From the NCBI GenBank assembly GCA_965637545.1, contig OZ281496.1, positions 25,668,001 to 25,732,000 on the forward strand: a DNA stretch of 64,000 nt, in the 5' to 3' direction. The notes under the pieces were generated by a model. It was not told the DNA's origin and ran no database searches. It saw only the letters and a list, made by a program, of their open reading frames with translations. This DNA is from Phallusia mammillata. Taxonomy: Eukaryota. Shown piece after piece: positions 1 through 12,484 of the stretch (position 1 is its first letter; each line of letters begins with the position of its first letter). The position numbers were made by a program, and so were the translations under genes.

Positions 1-904
1 ACACCTACTGTGCCATTGGTTGCCAACCATTACTGAAGTCTAAACGAATGCACAAAATTAAATATACATCTGTTTAAATACTATTTGAAGAAGATTGTTT
101 ATTTATTTAATGCGATGCAATAGTGGCCTTTGTAAGCACCTAGCCATGACTAAATTCCAAGCGTTGCAACCTTCAATGTTGCGTTCTTATCGCATTCATT
201 CTTAAACGCCCATTTAGAAAATTATATTTATCAGACAAAACAGTAAACAGCGCAATTTTTGACTGTTACAAAGCATATGCTTTTTCTCCTTGAAAAAAAT
301 GGGCCAAGAGTTCTATCTGAAACTGACAGGCTAAGAGGTGTTTGCGACAACCAACAGGACTTGCGATGTGCAGCTGCCGTTGGCGCACAAACAGTTTTAT
401 CGGAAAGCAAATATTGGTACAACCCACAAGCTGCATTCGCTCTTTACCTATTTGCCAAGAAACGGATTCACAGTGTAGATGCACAGAGAAACTTTTAAGT
501 GCTCGATGAGTGACGTAACTATTACGTCATGTTTGCGAGCGACTTCTAGTTTTCGTGGTCTTTGTGACTCAGAATTTTCTGGAATAAACCAAACATTAAA
601 CATTGCTAAATTTCAGGCAGAGCTGCGGTTTTACTTGACGCGAAATAAGCACGTTCTTAGGGTAACAAGGTAATGGATACTTTTCAAATCCAAATTTTCC
701 AATGTTTTCGGTATTTAAACAACACCAAGTCGTGTTGTAGGCTAAATATCACAACATCGCATGTCTGAAATGCCAATGGAGCAAATAAAGTTGTAGGTTG
801 AAGATTTCCACATATCTGTTCGTAAACGTATTCAATTCTATAGCGACAAGCAAATTATGTCGAATAAATGTTCGGTGTTGTAAGTTGCAAAAAAACATTT
901 ACTC

Positions 905-1620
905 TTTAAAATGTTACATCGTGAAGATATGTGTGAACCACCATGGTTGAAATACACCCGGCATATTCTAAGAACAGACTGATGTACGTGGTGCTAAGAA
1001 ACTATGACAAACCAAACAACATCCTGATATTTGACGTCATGTCAATTAAAATGCGCCGTACAAGCGTCGGCCTCAAACGGAAGTCCACGTGTAACCTATA
1101 CAAAGACTGCATTATAAAGCCGAGTTCAGAAAGTTTGTGTGTCACAGAATTGTTGCAGTTACGTACTATATCGCGAACGGTACCTTTTCAAAATAATACA
1201 AGTATAATGTTGAGTGCAGCCAAATTTTGTTACAACTCAGGAATTGATTGCATTGCGCCACAAAATGTATATTTTTCTCAATGTCAGTCACAAACAAACC
1301 AGAACAACTAGAACCACCTGTGACCTTTTACACAGCAAACGCTTCTAAAAATAACATAAAAAAATATTCATAATTAAACAAGCAAAACGGCGTATTGTAT
1401 GTTAAGTGGAAGCCCGAATAAACGTCCATCACAGATACTGACGCCATAAGAAGAGGAAGTAGCTTACCGCAAAAAAGTCGCAAGAGTGCCTTTACCACTG
1501 CTAGACGATACATAAAACGTGTACCAGATAGTTGATGTTAAATAAAGCGTAGAAGTTTAGAGAACTTTACATCAGCTACAACTCCATAGAGGGAAGAGCA
1601 GGACTAAGTAGGTGGCGTTT
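905..1620 (-). pseudogene. Inverted, multiply frameshifted relic of a divergent 7TM paralog (spacer type A, copy 1)
   Basis: Minus-strand fragments resemble the neighbouring receptors: LYGVVADVKFSK...SGTRFMYRLAVVKALLRL (cf. CYGIQHRKFSRSTSGFILYLLAFVAV, TM1-TM2), AVSYFLFLWRQ (cf. VYFFLWTKQ, TM3), ILIDMTSNI (TM6-like), LSTTYISLFLE (TM7-like). Several stops and frameshifts. Ends are approximate. Confidence 0.55.
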
Positions 1621-1956
1621 TCAGTGTTCCTAACAAAAAAAAAAAAAAGATGCGTGAGGGTTAATTAATCTCAAAATATGTTTGTTAAACCAGTTAAAGT
1701 TTAATACATTTCATGCAGGTAAAGTATATGATACCAACATATATGTCGTTGGCGAGAAGCGTGCACAAATGCGTTTAACTAAAGAATTAGAAGGGTAGCT
1801 TAATTATGGAATTTTGTTTGGGAATATATCAAGTTTTAAGGGTTAACTTAATGCTTTTCTTTACATATTTAAGCACTTCCGTTTAAAGACTTCTGTGTTC
1901 GTAACTTTACCCGTTTAACCTACTTTGTGTTTTCGTGTATGTCAAGCAGCTTACCA

Positions 1957-1995
1957 ATGAACTCTAAAGTACAAAAATATTTACAAGGAAAATGA
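1957..1995 (+). promoter_or_regulatory. uORF (MNSKVQKYLQGK*) whose TGA overlaps the receptor ATG (ATGA)
   Basis: ATG at 1957, TGA at 1993-1995, receptor ATG at 1992-1994. The same arrangement occurs at 4918, 7310, 11069 and 13980. Confidence 0.5.
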
Positions 1996-2945
1996 TCTTG
2001 GTGAACAACACGACGAATGGAAACCTGACTGGATTTTCGCCTATCGAACGTCATCAACAAGCGCCATGGCTTGCTGCCACCGTTCTATGTTGTGTATGCG
2101 TTTTCTTGTCCCTGTGGTTGTGCATAGCTATGCTTTGCTATGGGATCCAACACCGAAAGTTCTCAAGAAGCACCAGTGGTTTTATTCTGTACTTGCTTGC
2201 CTTTGTTGCGGTTACATCTGGTCTTTCGTTTCTTATCAGCGTTATGTTCTCCATCAACATAGGCTTTAATGCAAGTGAGAGCGATGTTTGTAATATTCTC
2301 ACCAAATTTTCAGTCGAACTCCTGGTCACATCCAACTCTCTGGTATATTTCTTCTTATGGACAAAACAAGCGACGTTATACCAGAGTCCAACACTTAAAC
2401 ACCTTCTACATAGATGGATCAAAGTTATGATTTATACCAGTGTTGTCCTCATGGTTTTTGGAGAACAAGTCGTTGGCATAGCTTTCAGCGCGCTTAATGA
2501 ATTTGCATCCACTGAATTCGGTTGTCGGTACGTTGACGTGTACCACAAATGGCCGGCGCTTGCTGCTTCGTCTGTAAACTCTATAGGCCAAGTATTAATG
2601 CTGTTCCTGCTTTTATATCCTTTTCATTGCGTCAACCAAAGAAACGGAATCAAAGCCAGCATGCCCATGGTAAAACGAACTACAGTCACCACCTTTATAT
2701 GTGTGTTTTTGTCGGACGCTGTTGCTGGCATTGTAAACTGGTTCTTGGTAACCCCAACCAACCAACTTCCTTTGTCTATATACGGCTGCAGCGCAACAGC
2801 AAACTTGATGGCCGTTTTATTCACATATGAGACATGGAGATGCATTATTGTTTCGCCGTTCGGTGGCGGTATAGCGTGGAAAGGCAAAACACCTGTGGTG
2901 TCAGTTTCAACCAGTACAAATGAGTTTCAGACGGTACACCTGTAA
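1992..2945 (+). CDS. Intronless 7TM (GPCR-like) receptor, copy R1, 317 aa, intact
   Basis: Seven hydrophobic segments, N-terminal N-glycosylation sequons (NNTT, NLT), Cys at the top of TM3 (SDVC) and in ECL2 (EFGC), FLWTKQ in place of DRY, LLYP in TM5, SD in TM6. Confidence 0.9.
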   Translation: MILVNNTTNGNLTGFSPIERHQQAPWLAATVLCCVCVFLSLWLCIAMLCYGIQHRKFSRSTSGFILYLLAFVAVTSGLSFLISVMFSINIGFNASESDVCNILTKFSVELLVTSNSLVYFFLWTKQATLYQSPTLKHLLHRWIKVMIYTSVVLMVFGEQVVGIAFSALNEFASTEFGCRYVDVYHKWPALAASSVNSIGQVLMLFLLLYPFHCVNQRNGIKASMPMVKRTTVTTFICVFLSDAVAGIVNWFLVTPTNQLPLSIYGCSATANLMAVLFTYETWRCIIVSPFGGGIAWKGKTPVVSVSTSTNEFQTVHL

Positions 2946-3364
2946 AGAACGATCGAGATCCCATGGTCAGAACCTAATTCATATACCTATGCTACTGTGT
3001 GGTTTTAGTGATAGCTTTATGGCCACGACGAACGTATTTGAAACAGGTTGCCAACCAGATTAATATAAATTGTTTGTGTATAATTAGATGTATTCATTAT
3101 TCGAGTGACTGTATGAGTGCGTTTGTCAGTATCGAGCAAAAACAGTCTAAAAGTAACAAGGTGATGGATACTGTTTATATCCAAATTTTCCTGTGTTTTC
3201 GATCTATAAACACCGCAAAGTAGTGTTGTCAATATCACAACATCGCACGTCTGAAGTGCCAACGGAGCAAAATAAGTTTGAGGATTTTAATATACCAAGC
3301 CAAAAACATATTCAACTCTATGGCGACAAGCAAATTAAGTCGAACCTTTTTTGAGTGTTGCATC

Positions 3365-4012
3365 GTAAAGATATGTGTGATCCATCATGCTAGAAATACA
3401 CCGACAGGTTCCAAGAACAGACTGATGTACGTGGTGTTAAGAGTATGACTAAACCAACCAACATCCTGATGTTTGACGTCATGTCAATTAAAATGTGTCT
3501 AAAGAGCGTCGGCCTAAAACGGAGGTCCACATGTAACCTGTACAATGACTGCATAATTAGACCGGGATCAGAAAGTTTTTGTGTCACGGAATCATTGCTA
3601 CGTATTATATCGCGAACGGGACCTTTTTAAAAATATTACAAGTATAATGTTCAGGGTCAGCGAAAGTTTGCGCCACAGAATTCGCATATTCATCAGTCGG
3701 CGTATTCACAAGGCAACCAGGAAAACTAGGAACTCCTGTGACCTTTTCCACAGCGCGCATCGCAAACGCTTTCGACAGTAATATAAAAAAATTCATAATT
3801 AAACGAGCAAAACGGCGTATTGTAGGTTAAGTGGGAGCCCGAATAAACGTCCATCACAGATACTGACGCCATAAGAAGAGGAAGTAGCTTACCGCATAAA
3901 ACCGCAAGAGTGATTTTACCATTGCTAGACGCTACATAAAACGTGAACTAGATAGTTGATGTTCAACACCATAAAGAGTAGAAGTTAGCAGAACTTTACA
4001 TCAGCTACAACT
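3365..4012 (-). pseudogene. Inverted 7TM relic (spacer type A, copy 2)
   Basis: Paralogous to 905-1620 and 12485-13170. Fragments GCLVNTPTDEYANSVAQTF (cf. FGC...SVNSIGQVL), IMQSLYR...ILIDMTSNI and NTTYISLFLEPVGVFL, broken by frameshifts. Confidence 0.55.
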
Positions 4013-4744
4013 CTTTTTTAGAATATTCTCAGAATCGTTTTATGTTTGTTAAATAGGGTAAAGTACAATACATTACATGCGGCTAAAATATCTGATACCA
4101 GCATATCTGTTATAAGCGAGAACGTGCACAAATACGTTTAACTAAAGAAGAACAGTTAGCGCTTCGTTCCGAATAGGATGGAGAGCAAAAAGCTTATTTT
4201 GACACCTTGGCATTACAATGTTGCGTGTTTTGCTCGAAACTTCCAACTTTTCCCATAGTTTCGACGGAAAAGAGTTAGTGGCGAGGAAGGAAGTTCAGTA
4301 GCCTAATGCTGATGGAGTTACGATTTTATTTCGCAATCAATATTACAAACCTCCAAGGCAAGCTCGTTGTATCTTTAGGTTCAATTCAGGAGTTTTTATC
4401 AGTAGGAGGACAGACGAACATTACTGCAATAAAAATTCACCTCAAAATGCTGATATAATGTGTGAGCAAACTTTAGCTTTAAGTGTTGCGGGATTTGTTT
4501 AAAGAGTGCTAGAGACATTTCAGGGCAGGATGTATTCAGATGGTTTGGTTTAATTCTCCGATTGTTCTCTATGAAATTTTAAGTTTATTTTTGGATTTAA
4601 TCGAAATCATAACTGCCAGAATACTTGTAACAGAATACATCATGCAGACGTTCCAACAATCGCTGTTGTCACAATCAGTGCTGGCTGTCAATCGAGTTAG
4701 AACCAGGTATATATAGGTACTTAGGTGAATGCAGGGTGTGTGAA

Positions 4745-4754
4745 GTGACGTCAC
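4745..4754. promoter_or_regulatory. Perfect CRE/ATF-type palindrome GTGACGTCAC upstream of R2
   Basis: 10-bp palindrome 205 bp upstream of the ATG, conserved at 7170, 10867, 13840 and 16761. Confidence 0.55.
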
Positions 4755-4958
4755 CGCCAACAAAACGGCCCTGGTGACTAGAAGGGTAGCTTATTTGTAG
4801 AATTTTGTTTGGAAATATATCCAGTTTAGGGGGCCACCTTAATCTTTTTCTTCTTCTTATTTATGCACACCCGTTTAACCTTTTTTTCTTTTTTCGTGCA
4901 TGTCAAGCAGCTTACCAATGAACTGTAAAGTACAAAGATATTTAGGGAAACAAGGAAA

Positions 4959-5909
4959 ATGATCTTGGTGAACAACACGACGAATGGAAACCGGACTGGA
5001 TTTTCGCCTATCGAACGTCATCAACAAGCACCATGGCTCGCTGCAACCGTTCTATGTTGTGTATGCGTTTTCTTGTCCCTGTGGTTGTGCATAGCTATGC
5101 TTTGCTATGGGATCCAACACCGAAAGTTCTCAAGAAGTACCAGTGGTTTTATTCTGTACCTGCTTGTCTTTGTCGCGGTTGCATCTGGCCTTGCGTTTCT
5201 CATCTCCGTATTGGTCTCCGTTAACATAGGCTTTGATGCAAGTGAGAGCGATGTTTGTAATATTCTAACGAAATTTTCAGTCGAACTCCTGGTCACATCC
5301 AACTCTGTGGTGTATCTCTTCTTATGGACAAAACAAGCAACGTTATACCAGAGTCCAACGCTTGAACACCTTCAACACAGATGGATCAAAGTTATGAGTT
5401 ATACCAGTGTTGTTCTTATGGTCCTTGGACAGCATTTCGCCGGCATAGCCTTCAACGTGCTTAATGTATTTGCATCCACTGAATTCGGTTGTCGGTACGT
5501 CGACGCATACTACAACTGGCCGGCGCTTGCTGCTTCGTCTGTTAACGCTATAGGCCAAGCTTTAATGCTGTTCCTGCTTTTATATCCTTTTCATTGCGCC
5601 AACCAAAGACAAGGAATCAAAGCCAGCATGTCCATCGTAAAACGAACTACAGTCACCACCTTTATATGTGTTTTAACGGATGCTGTTGCTGGCATTGCAA
5701 ACGGGTTCTTCATACACTCAAGCAACCATCTTCCATTGTCAATATACGGCTGCAGCCCTTAGGCAAACCTTATGGCTGTTTTATTCACATATGAGACTTG
5801 GAGATGCATTATCGTTTCGCCGTTCTGTGGCAGTAAAGCGTGGAAAGGCAAAACACCCGGGCTGTCAGTTTCAACCAGTACAACTGAGTTTCAGGCGATA
5901 CACATGTAA
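4959..5909 (+). pseudogene. 7TM receptor copy R2 with a single in-frame TAG in TM7
   Basis: TAG at 5760-5762 where R3 has TCG. The frame continues intact to the homologous TAA at 5907-5909 (316 codons). Confidence 0.85.
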
Positions 5910-6129
5910 AAAAAATTCGAGATCCAATGGTCAAAACTTAATTCATTTAGGACCTTAAAACATGGCTGTCATTTTCCTATGCTACTATGCGGTTTTAGTG
6001 TTAGCCTTATAGCCGCGATGAACATTTTTGAAACAGGTTGTCAACCAGATTAAACATAACTTGTTTGTGTATAATTAGATTCATTATTTGAGTGCCTGTA
6101 TGAGTGCCTTTGTCAGTATCGTGCAAAAT

Positions 6130-6560
6130 AAACTCTAATCTCGAGTAATGCTTTGAATTGTGGCGACATTGCTACGTAAAACTTGACACAGGAAATTACC
6201 TTGCAGGTTTCAAGGAATAGACTTGGATATGACGCATATAACGCGAGGCTTTGAAACCTAATTACTGAAAGGAACAAAATTGAAACGGTCGACAAACAAA
6301 GCACATTTTGCAGAAATAACAAAACTCTTGTATCTGATGTGGACCCCAATATCACTAATGGCATTAGCATTTGCCGAAGCGTTTGAATAACAAAGCATGT
6401 CGCAAGCCTGTTATAATCATAAAAGCGGAAGATTAGATACCTGAAAAAATAGCGCACACGTACGTAGAACAGCGTCAAGCGTGTGAATCAAGACAAACTG
6501 AACAAAAAATAGAACAGTTGGCAAAAAAATCTTAGCGTAATTGGCACAGTTAGCCTCGTT
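6130..6560 (-). other. Spacer type B: repeated block, possibly a second antisense 7TM relic (TM5-TM7)
   Basis: Recurs at ~8515-8910 and partly at 15170-15215, 15890-16000 and 18170-18300. Minus frame reads RQMLMPLVILGSTSD...LYASYPSLFLETCKVISCVKFYVAMSP. Part of it also matches a dispersed repeat at 42120-42205, so the coding reading is uncertain. Confidence 0.3.
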
Positions 6561-7169
6561 CTGAAAAGGGTGTAGACAACAAAAAGCTTGTTTTGACACC
6601 TTGGCTCTTCAAATTACAAGCACTAACATGGTGCGAAGTTTCGGCGGAAGAGTGGTATTCGCGAGGAAGGAAGTTCGATAATGATGTTGATGTTACGATA
6701 TACCACGCGCGAGCATAACTTTGTTTCGCAGTCAATCTTAAAAACCTTCAAGGCAAGTTGTAAGTTTAACCTTTAGGTTCAATTTTGTTTTTGTTATGTT
6801 TAGGAGGGCTGTCGCAGGTTGGTATTAAGCTACTGCAATGGAAATAACCTCAAAATGATAATGTTTGCGCAAACTTTCGCTTTATTTACGTTTTGCGAGA
6901 TTTACATTAGACGGGATATTGGGGCATTTTTGGCTAGAATGGTGTATTGATATGCTTTGGTATAATTCTCTAAATGTTCTCTTTAAAGGTTTAAGTTTGG
7001 TTTGAGATTTTTATCAAAAGCACATCTATCAGAGTACTTGCGAGTGATAGAATACATCATGCAGACGTTTTAGCATTCTCTGTTGTCATAATCAGTACTG
7101 GTTGTCAATCGAGCCAAAACCGCACACATATAAGCACTTAGAAAAAACGGTGAATGCAAGGTGTGCGAA

Positions 7170-7179
7170 GTGACGTCAC
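7170..7179. promoter_or_regulatory. CRE palindrome GTGACGTCAC upstream of R3
   Basis: Direct sequence; same position in the repeated promoter block. Confidence 0.55.
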
Positions 7180-7350
7180 AACCAAGAAAACGGCACTGGT
7201 GATAGAAGGGTAGCTTAATTATAGAATTTCTCGTTTGCAAAACTTGTTTGTGCGTAACTTTACCCGTTTAACCTACCTTGTGTTTTCGTGTATGTTAAGC
7301 AGCTTACCAATGAACTCTAAAGTACAAAAATATTTAAGGAAACAAGGAAA

Positions 7351-8301
7351 ATGATCTTGGTGAACAACACGACGAATGGAAACCAGACTAGATACTCGCC
7401 TATCAAACGTCATCAACAAGCAACATGGCTCGCTGCAACCGTCCTGTGCTGCGTATTCGTTTTCTTGTCCCTGTGGTTGTGCATAGCTATGCTTTGCTAT
7501 GGGATCCAACACCGAAAGTTTTCAAGTAGGACCAGTGGTTTTATTCTGTACCTGCTGGCCTTTGTAGTGGTTGTATCTGGTCTTGCGTTTCTTATCTCCG
7601 TTTTGGTCTCCGTTAACATAGGCTTTGATGCAAGTAAGAGCGATGTTTGTAATATTCTCACCAAATTTTCAGTCGAACTTCTTGTCACTTCCAACTCTCT
7701 GGTGTATCTCTTCTTATGGACAAAACAAGCGACGTTATACCAGAGTCCAGCACTTGAGCACCTTCAACACAGATGGATCAAAGTTATGAGTTATACCAGT
7801 GTTGTCCTTACGGTCCTTGGACAGTATATCGTTAGCATAGCTTTTAACGTGCTCAACACATTCGCGTCCACTGAATTCGGTTGTCGTTACGTTGACGTGT
7901 ACCACAAATGGCCAGCGCTTGGTGCTTCGTCAGTTACCTCTATAGGCCAAGTTTTGATGCTGTTCCTGCTTTTATATCCTTTTCATTGCGCCAACCAACG
8001 ACACGGAATGAAAGCCAGCATGTCCATCGTAAAACGAACAACGGTCACCACATTTATATGTGTTTTATCGGATGCTGTTGCTGGCATTGTAAACTGGTTC
8101 TTGGTAACCCCAACCAACCATCTTACATTGGCAATATACGGCTGCAGCGCATCGGCAAACCTTATGGCCGTTTTATTCACATACGAGACATGGAGAAGCA
8201 TTATCGTTTCGCCTTTCGGTGGCAGTAAAACGTGGAAAGGCAAAACACCCGGGGTGTCAGCTTCAATCAGTACAAATGAGTTTCGTACGGTACACCTGTA
8301 A
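7351..8301 (+). CDS. Intronless 7TM receptor copy R3, 316 aa, intact
   Basis: Full-length paralog of R1 with both extracellular Cys retained. Confidence 0.9.
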   Translation: MILVNNTTNGNQTRYSPIKRHQQATWLAATVLCCVFVFLSLWLCIAMLCYGIQHRKFSSRTSGFILYLLAFVVVVSGLAFLISVLVSVNIGFDASKSDVCNILTKFSVELLVTSNSLVYLFLWTKQATLYQSPALEHLQHRWIKVMSYTSVVLTVLGQYIVSIAFNVLNTFASTEFGCRYVDVYHKWPALGASSVTSIGQVLMLFLLLYPFHCANQRHGMKASMSIVKRTTVTTFICVLSDAVAGIVNWFLVTPTNHLTLAIYGCSASANLMAVLFTYETWRSIIVSPFGGSKTWKGKTPGVSASISTNEFRTVHL

Positions 8302-9438
8302 AGAAAATTCGAGATCCCATGATTAGAACATGACTGTCATTTTCCTATGCTACTCTGCGGATTTAGTGTTAGTGTTAAGGTCACGACGAACATATTTGAA
8401 ACAGGATGCCAACCAGATGAATGTTCGGTGTTGTTTAATATATTTGTGATGTGTTCATTGGAGTGACTGCTTGTATTCGTGCTTTTGTCAGTATAGTGCA
8501 AAAAACGTAATCCTAAGTACTGCTTTGAATTGTGGTGACATTGTTACGTGAAACTTGACACAGGAAACTACCTTGCAGTTTTTAAGAAATAGAAATGGAT
8601 ATAACGCATATAATGTGAGTTTCAAAACCTAATTGCGAGATGAAACAAAATTGAAATGTCTTGCAAAGAAAGCACATGTTGCGAAAATAACAAAACTCTT
8701 GTATCTGATGTGGACCCTAATACCACCAATGGCATCAGCATTTGCCGAACTTGTTTGAATAATAAAGCATGTAGCAAGCCTGTCCTAATCATAAAAGCGA
8801 AAGATTAGATACCTAGAAGAACAGCGCACACGTACGTGCAACAGCGTCAAGCGTGTGAGTACAGCCAAACTGAACAAAAATAGAGCAGTTGGCAAAACTA
8901 TCTTGGCGCAATTGGCCTAGACCTTTTGAAGCTTTACCGCAATTATAGATTGCACGCGTGCTTGCTCACCGCGAAAACCCTAAATTTATTTTATCATATC
9001 TTTCCTTGGCGAGAAGCGTGCACAAATGCGCATAACTTTGAAGTGGAACAGTTGGCGCTTCTTTCTGAAAAGGATGTAGACAGCAAAAAGCTTATTTTGA
9101 CACCTTAGCTCTTCTATTTTCAAACACTACCATGGTGCGTGTTTTGTTGCAGCCTTTCGCGCAGTTTCATCAGAAGAGTGTTAGTCGCGAGGAAGGAAGT
9201 TCGATAATGATGTTGAAGTTACAATATACCACGCACAATCATAATTTTGTTTCGCAGTCAATCTTAAAAACCGACAAGGCAAGTTGTAAGTTTAACCTTT
9301 AGGTTCAAGTTAGTTTTTATTATCTTTAGGAGGGTTGTCGCAGGTTGATATTGAGCGTGCAATGAAAATAAACCTCAAAATGTTAATGTGTGAGCAAACT
9401 GGCTTTGTTTACGTTTGGCGGGATATGCAAAGGTTGAG

Positions 9439-10618
9439 TCACTGGGCAACAAAAATTTTTTTTTCACTGGTGTCTGTAATGTTTTAACTGATTTTGACTA
9501 ATTCTAGTGCACTGATTTCAAAATTGCAATCGGTTTATCTGTATCACGTCTAGTTTTCCTGTTATGGTACACCCTTGTTTGAAAAACAATCAATATGTAT
9601 ACACTATAGTGAAACTGGTTTTGAGTATTTTATTTGGAATTAACGTTATTGCAAGAACAAAATTTCGAATTTAATTTCACATGTAACAGGTGGACACTCC
9701 TAACAAACAAAATTCAACACACAAAAAAACAAAAAAATGTTTCAAATTTGTAAGTTATCATGTATAGGCCTACACATGTACTTTGGTAACTTTTGGAACT
9801 GAGTGGCAGCAATATCGTCCCGTTTAATTGACCAACAGCAGTTAGCCAGGACCACATTATTCCCTCTTCCCTGACACGTTTCGTTTTACTGATATCCTGT
9901 TGGAACCTTTCAGCTTAATTCTCATCATTTATATCCCCTACGTTTTAAGGAAAGTGTAGCTTTACACTCATTTTTGTGCCAAATTTTTCAGACCACTTAA
10001 TAACTTAGTTATGTACCCTTCCTAACAATTTCAGTCCCTTTCTACTGTTTTTCCATTACTGCAATATTCAAATCAACATTAGGTAAGTGTAGCCCATTGC
10101 TTTTGTCCTAAACCCCTAAACCCACATCGAAGTGTGCAAGATAAGCACATTCGATACAGATATTTTTTTTCTTTTTAGTTATGTTGTATGGATATTCACC
10201 AGTAATGTAGCATAAAACATCTTGTTATTTCATGCAACACCTTATAGATGACCTAGCCACTATTAATTCTAGTTTTACCAGCTTGCTTTACTAATCTAAA
10301 AATCACTCCATAAAACACGTTTAAAGTTACCGTTAGCCTGCACCAATCATTCTTAGACAGAGCATAAGCATAGAACGCATATCCCAGCTATGAAACTGTA
10401 CGAAATTGATGTGTATAATGTAACAAAACTTTAACAAACACATAAAAGCTTGATTTCAAAGTCATTGAATCAATATAGTCATAAATTTTAATTTTATAAA
10501 TAACTCAAAAAGTTGACCTGATTAAAGAAAACCATAATGATTTTCGAAATCAGCACCCTAAAATTAGTCAATATCAGTTTTAACATTAAAGACACCAAAA
10601 ATTGTGTTGGCCATTGAT
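9439..10618. mobile_element. ~1.18-kb non-autonomous DNA transposon with ~90-bp imperfect TIRs, inserted upstream of R4
   Basis: Left end tcactgggcaacaaaaatt...tggtgtctgtaatgttttaactgattttgactaattctagtgcactgatttc matches the reverse complement of the right end (tcaatggccaacacaatttttggtgtctttaatgttaaaactgatattgactaattttagggtgctgatttc). Absent at the paralogous site near 13580. No clear TSD; superfamily unassigned. Confidence 0.75.
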
Positions 10619-10866
10619 GGGACATTTTAGGCTAGAAGGATTTACTCATATGCTTTGGTTTAATTATCCGATTGTTTTCTTTGAAATTTTAAGTTTAGTT
10701 TGGGATTTTTATCAAAAACATAACGACCAGAGTACTTGCTCGTAATAGAATACATCATGCAGACGTTTCAACAATCGCTGTTGTCATAATCAGTGCTGGT
10801 TGTGAATCGAGCTAGAACCAGGTGTACAAAGGTACTGAGAAAAAAGATGAACGCAAGGTGTGCGAA

Positions 10867-10876
10867 GTGACGTCAC
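10867..10876. promoter_or_regulatory. CRE palindrome upstream of R4
   Basis: Direct sequence GTGACGTCAC. Confidence 0.5.
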
Positions 10877-11100
10877 AGCCAAGAAAACGGCACTGGTGAT
10901 TAGAAGGGTAGCTTAATTATGGAATTTTGTTTGAGAATATACAAAGTTTTGGGTTACCTTAATTATTTCTTTACATATTGAGGCAAAATCCCGTTTGAAA
11001 ACTTCTTTGTACGTAGCTCTACCCGTTTAACCTAGTTTGTGTTTTCGTGCATGTCAAGCAGCTTACCAATGAACTCTAAAGTACAAAAGAAACAAGGAAA

Positions 11101-12050
11101 ATGATCTTGATGAACAACACAACGAATGGAAACCAGACTGGATTTTTGCCTGTCGAACGTTACCAACAAGCTCCATGGCTTGCTGCTACCGTTCTATGTT
11201 GTGTATGCGTTTTCTTTTCCCTGTGGTTGTGCATAGCTATGCTTTGCTATGGGATCCAACACCAAAAGTTCTCAAGAAGTACCAATGGTTTTATTCTGTA
11301 CCTGCTTGCCTTTGTCGCGGTTGCATCTGGCCTTGCGTTTCTATCGGCGTTATGGTCTCCATCAACATAGGCTTTACTGCAAGTGAGAGCGATGTTTGTA
11401 ATATTCTCACCAAATTTTCAGTCGAACTCCTGGTCACATCCAACTCTTTGGTGTATCTCTTCTTATGGACAAAACAAGCGACGTTATACCAGAGTCCAAC
11501 ACTTGAACACTTTCAATACAGATGGATCAAAGTTATGAGTTATACCAGTGTTGTCCCCATGGTCCTTGGACAGCATATCGTTGGCATTGCCTTCAACGTC
11601 CTTAATGAATTTGCATCCACTGAATTCGGTTGTCGGTACGTTGACGTATACCACAAATGGGCCTCGCTTGCTGCTTCGTCAGTGAACGCTCTGGGGCAAG
11701 CTTTAATGCTGTTCCTGCTTTTATATCCTTTTCATTGCGCCAACCAAAGACACGGAACCAAAGCCAGCACGTCCATCTTAAAACGAACTACGGTCACCAC
11801 CTTTATATGTGTTTTAACGGATGCTGTTGCTGGCATTGCAAACTGGTTCTTGGTAATCTCAAGCAATCAACTTCCATTGTCAATATACGGCTGCAGCGTA
11901 ACAGCAAACCTTATGGCTGTTTTATTCACATATGAGACTTGGAGATACATTACCGTTTCGCCGCTCGGTGACAGTATAGCGTGGAAATGCAAAACACCCG
12001 GGGTGTCAGTTTCAACCAGTACAACTGAGTTTCGGACGGTACACCTGTAA
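11101..12050 (+). pseudogene. 7TM receptor copy R4 with a 1-nt deletion in TM2
   Basis: GCG TTT CT- ATC at ~11342 versus GCG TTT CTC ATC in paralogs. The span is 950 nt instead of 951, and ORFs 11101..11370 and 11175..12050 each carry one half. Confidence 0.85.
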
Positions 12051-12484
12051 AGAATATTCGAGATCTCATGGAGAAAACCTAATTTATTTATTACCTTGAA
12101 ACATGGCTGTCATATTCCTATGCTACTGTGCGATTTCTTGTTAGCTTTATGGCGACGACGAACGTATTTGAAACCCGTTGCCGACCAGATCAATGTTGTT
12201 AATATAATTTGTTTGTGTATAGTTATGACTGTAGTAGTGCTTTTGTCAGTGTCGTGTAAACACGGTCTAGGGGTCACAAAGTAATGGATACTGTTTATTT
12301 AGGAATTTTCCACTGTTTTCGGTATTTAAACACCGCAAAGTCGTGTTGTAAATATCACAACATCGCACGTCTGAAGTGCCAACAAACCAAAAAGGTTGTA
12401 GATCGTGATTTCAATATATCTGGCACAAAGAATATCCCATTCTATGGCGACAAGCAAATTAAGTCGAACCATTTTTGAGTGTTA

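Noticed and set aside
1-45. MITE-like end (gtgccattggttgccaacc) and a similar fragment at ~15445-15515
   Set aside because: Too short and lacking a partner TIR or TSD within the window.
259-498. 79-aa + strand ORF at the window start
   Set aside because: No recognisable motif, TTG start, no paralog in the window; cannot be supported.
943-1311. + strand ORFs in spacer A (also 3445-3630 and 12405-12854)
   Set aside because: They are the antisense shadow of the inverted 7TM relic; frames and stops differ between copies.
2066-2830. Recurrent overlapping ORFs inside each receptor gene (MACC..., MPFH..., MDVTRSS...)
   Set aside because: Alternative-frame or antisense shadows that recur only because the receptor DNA is duplicated.
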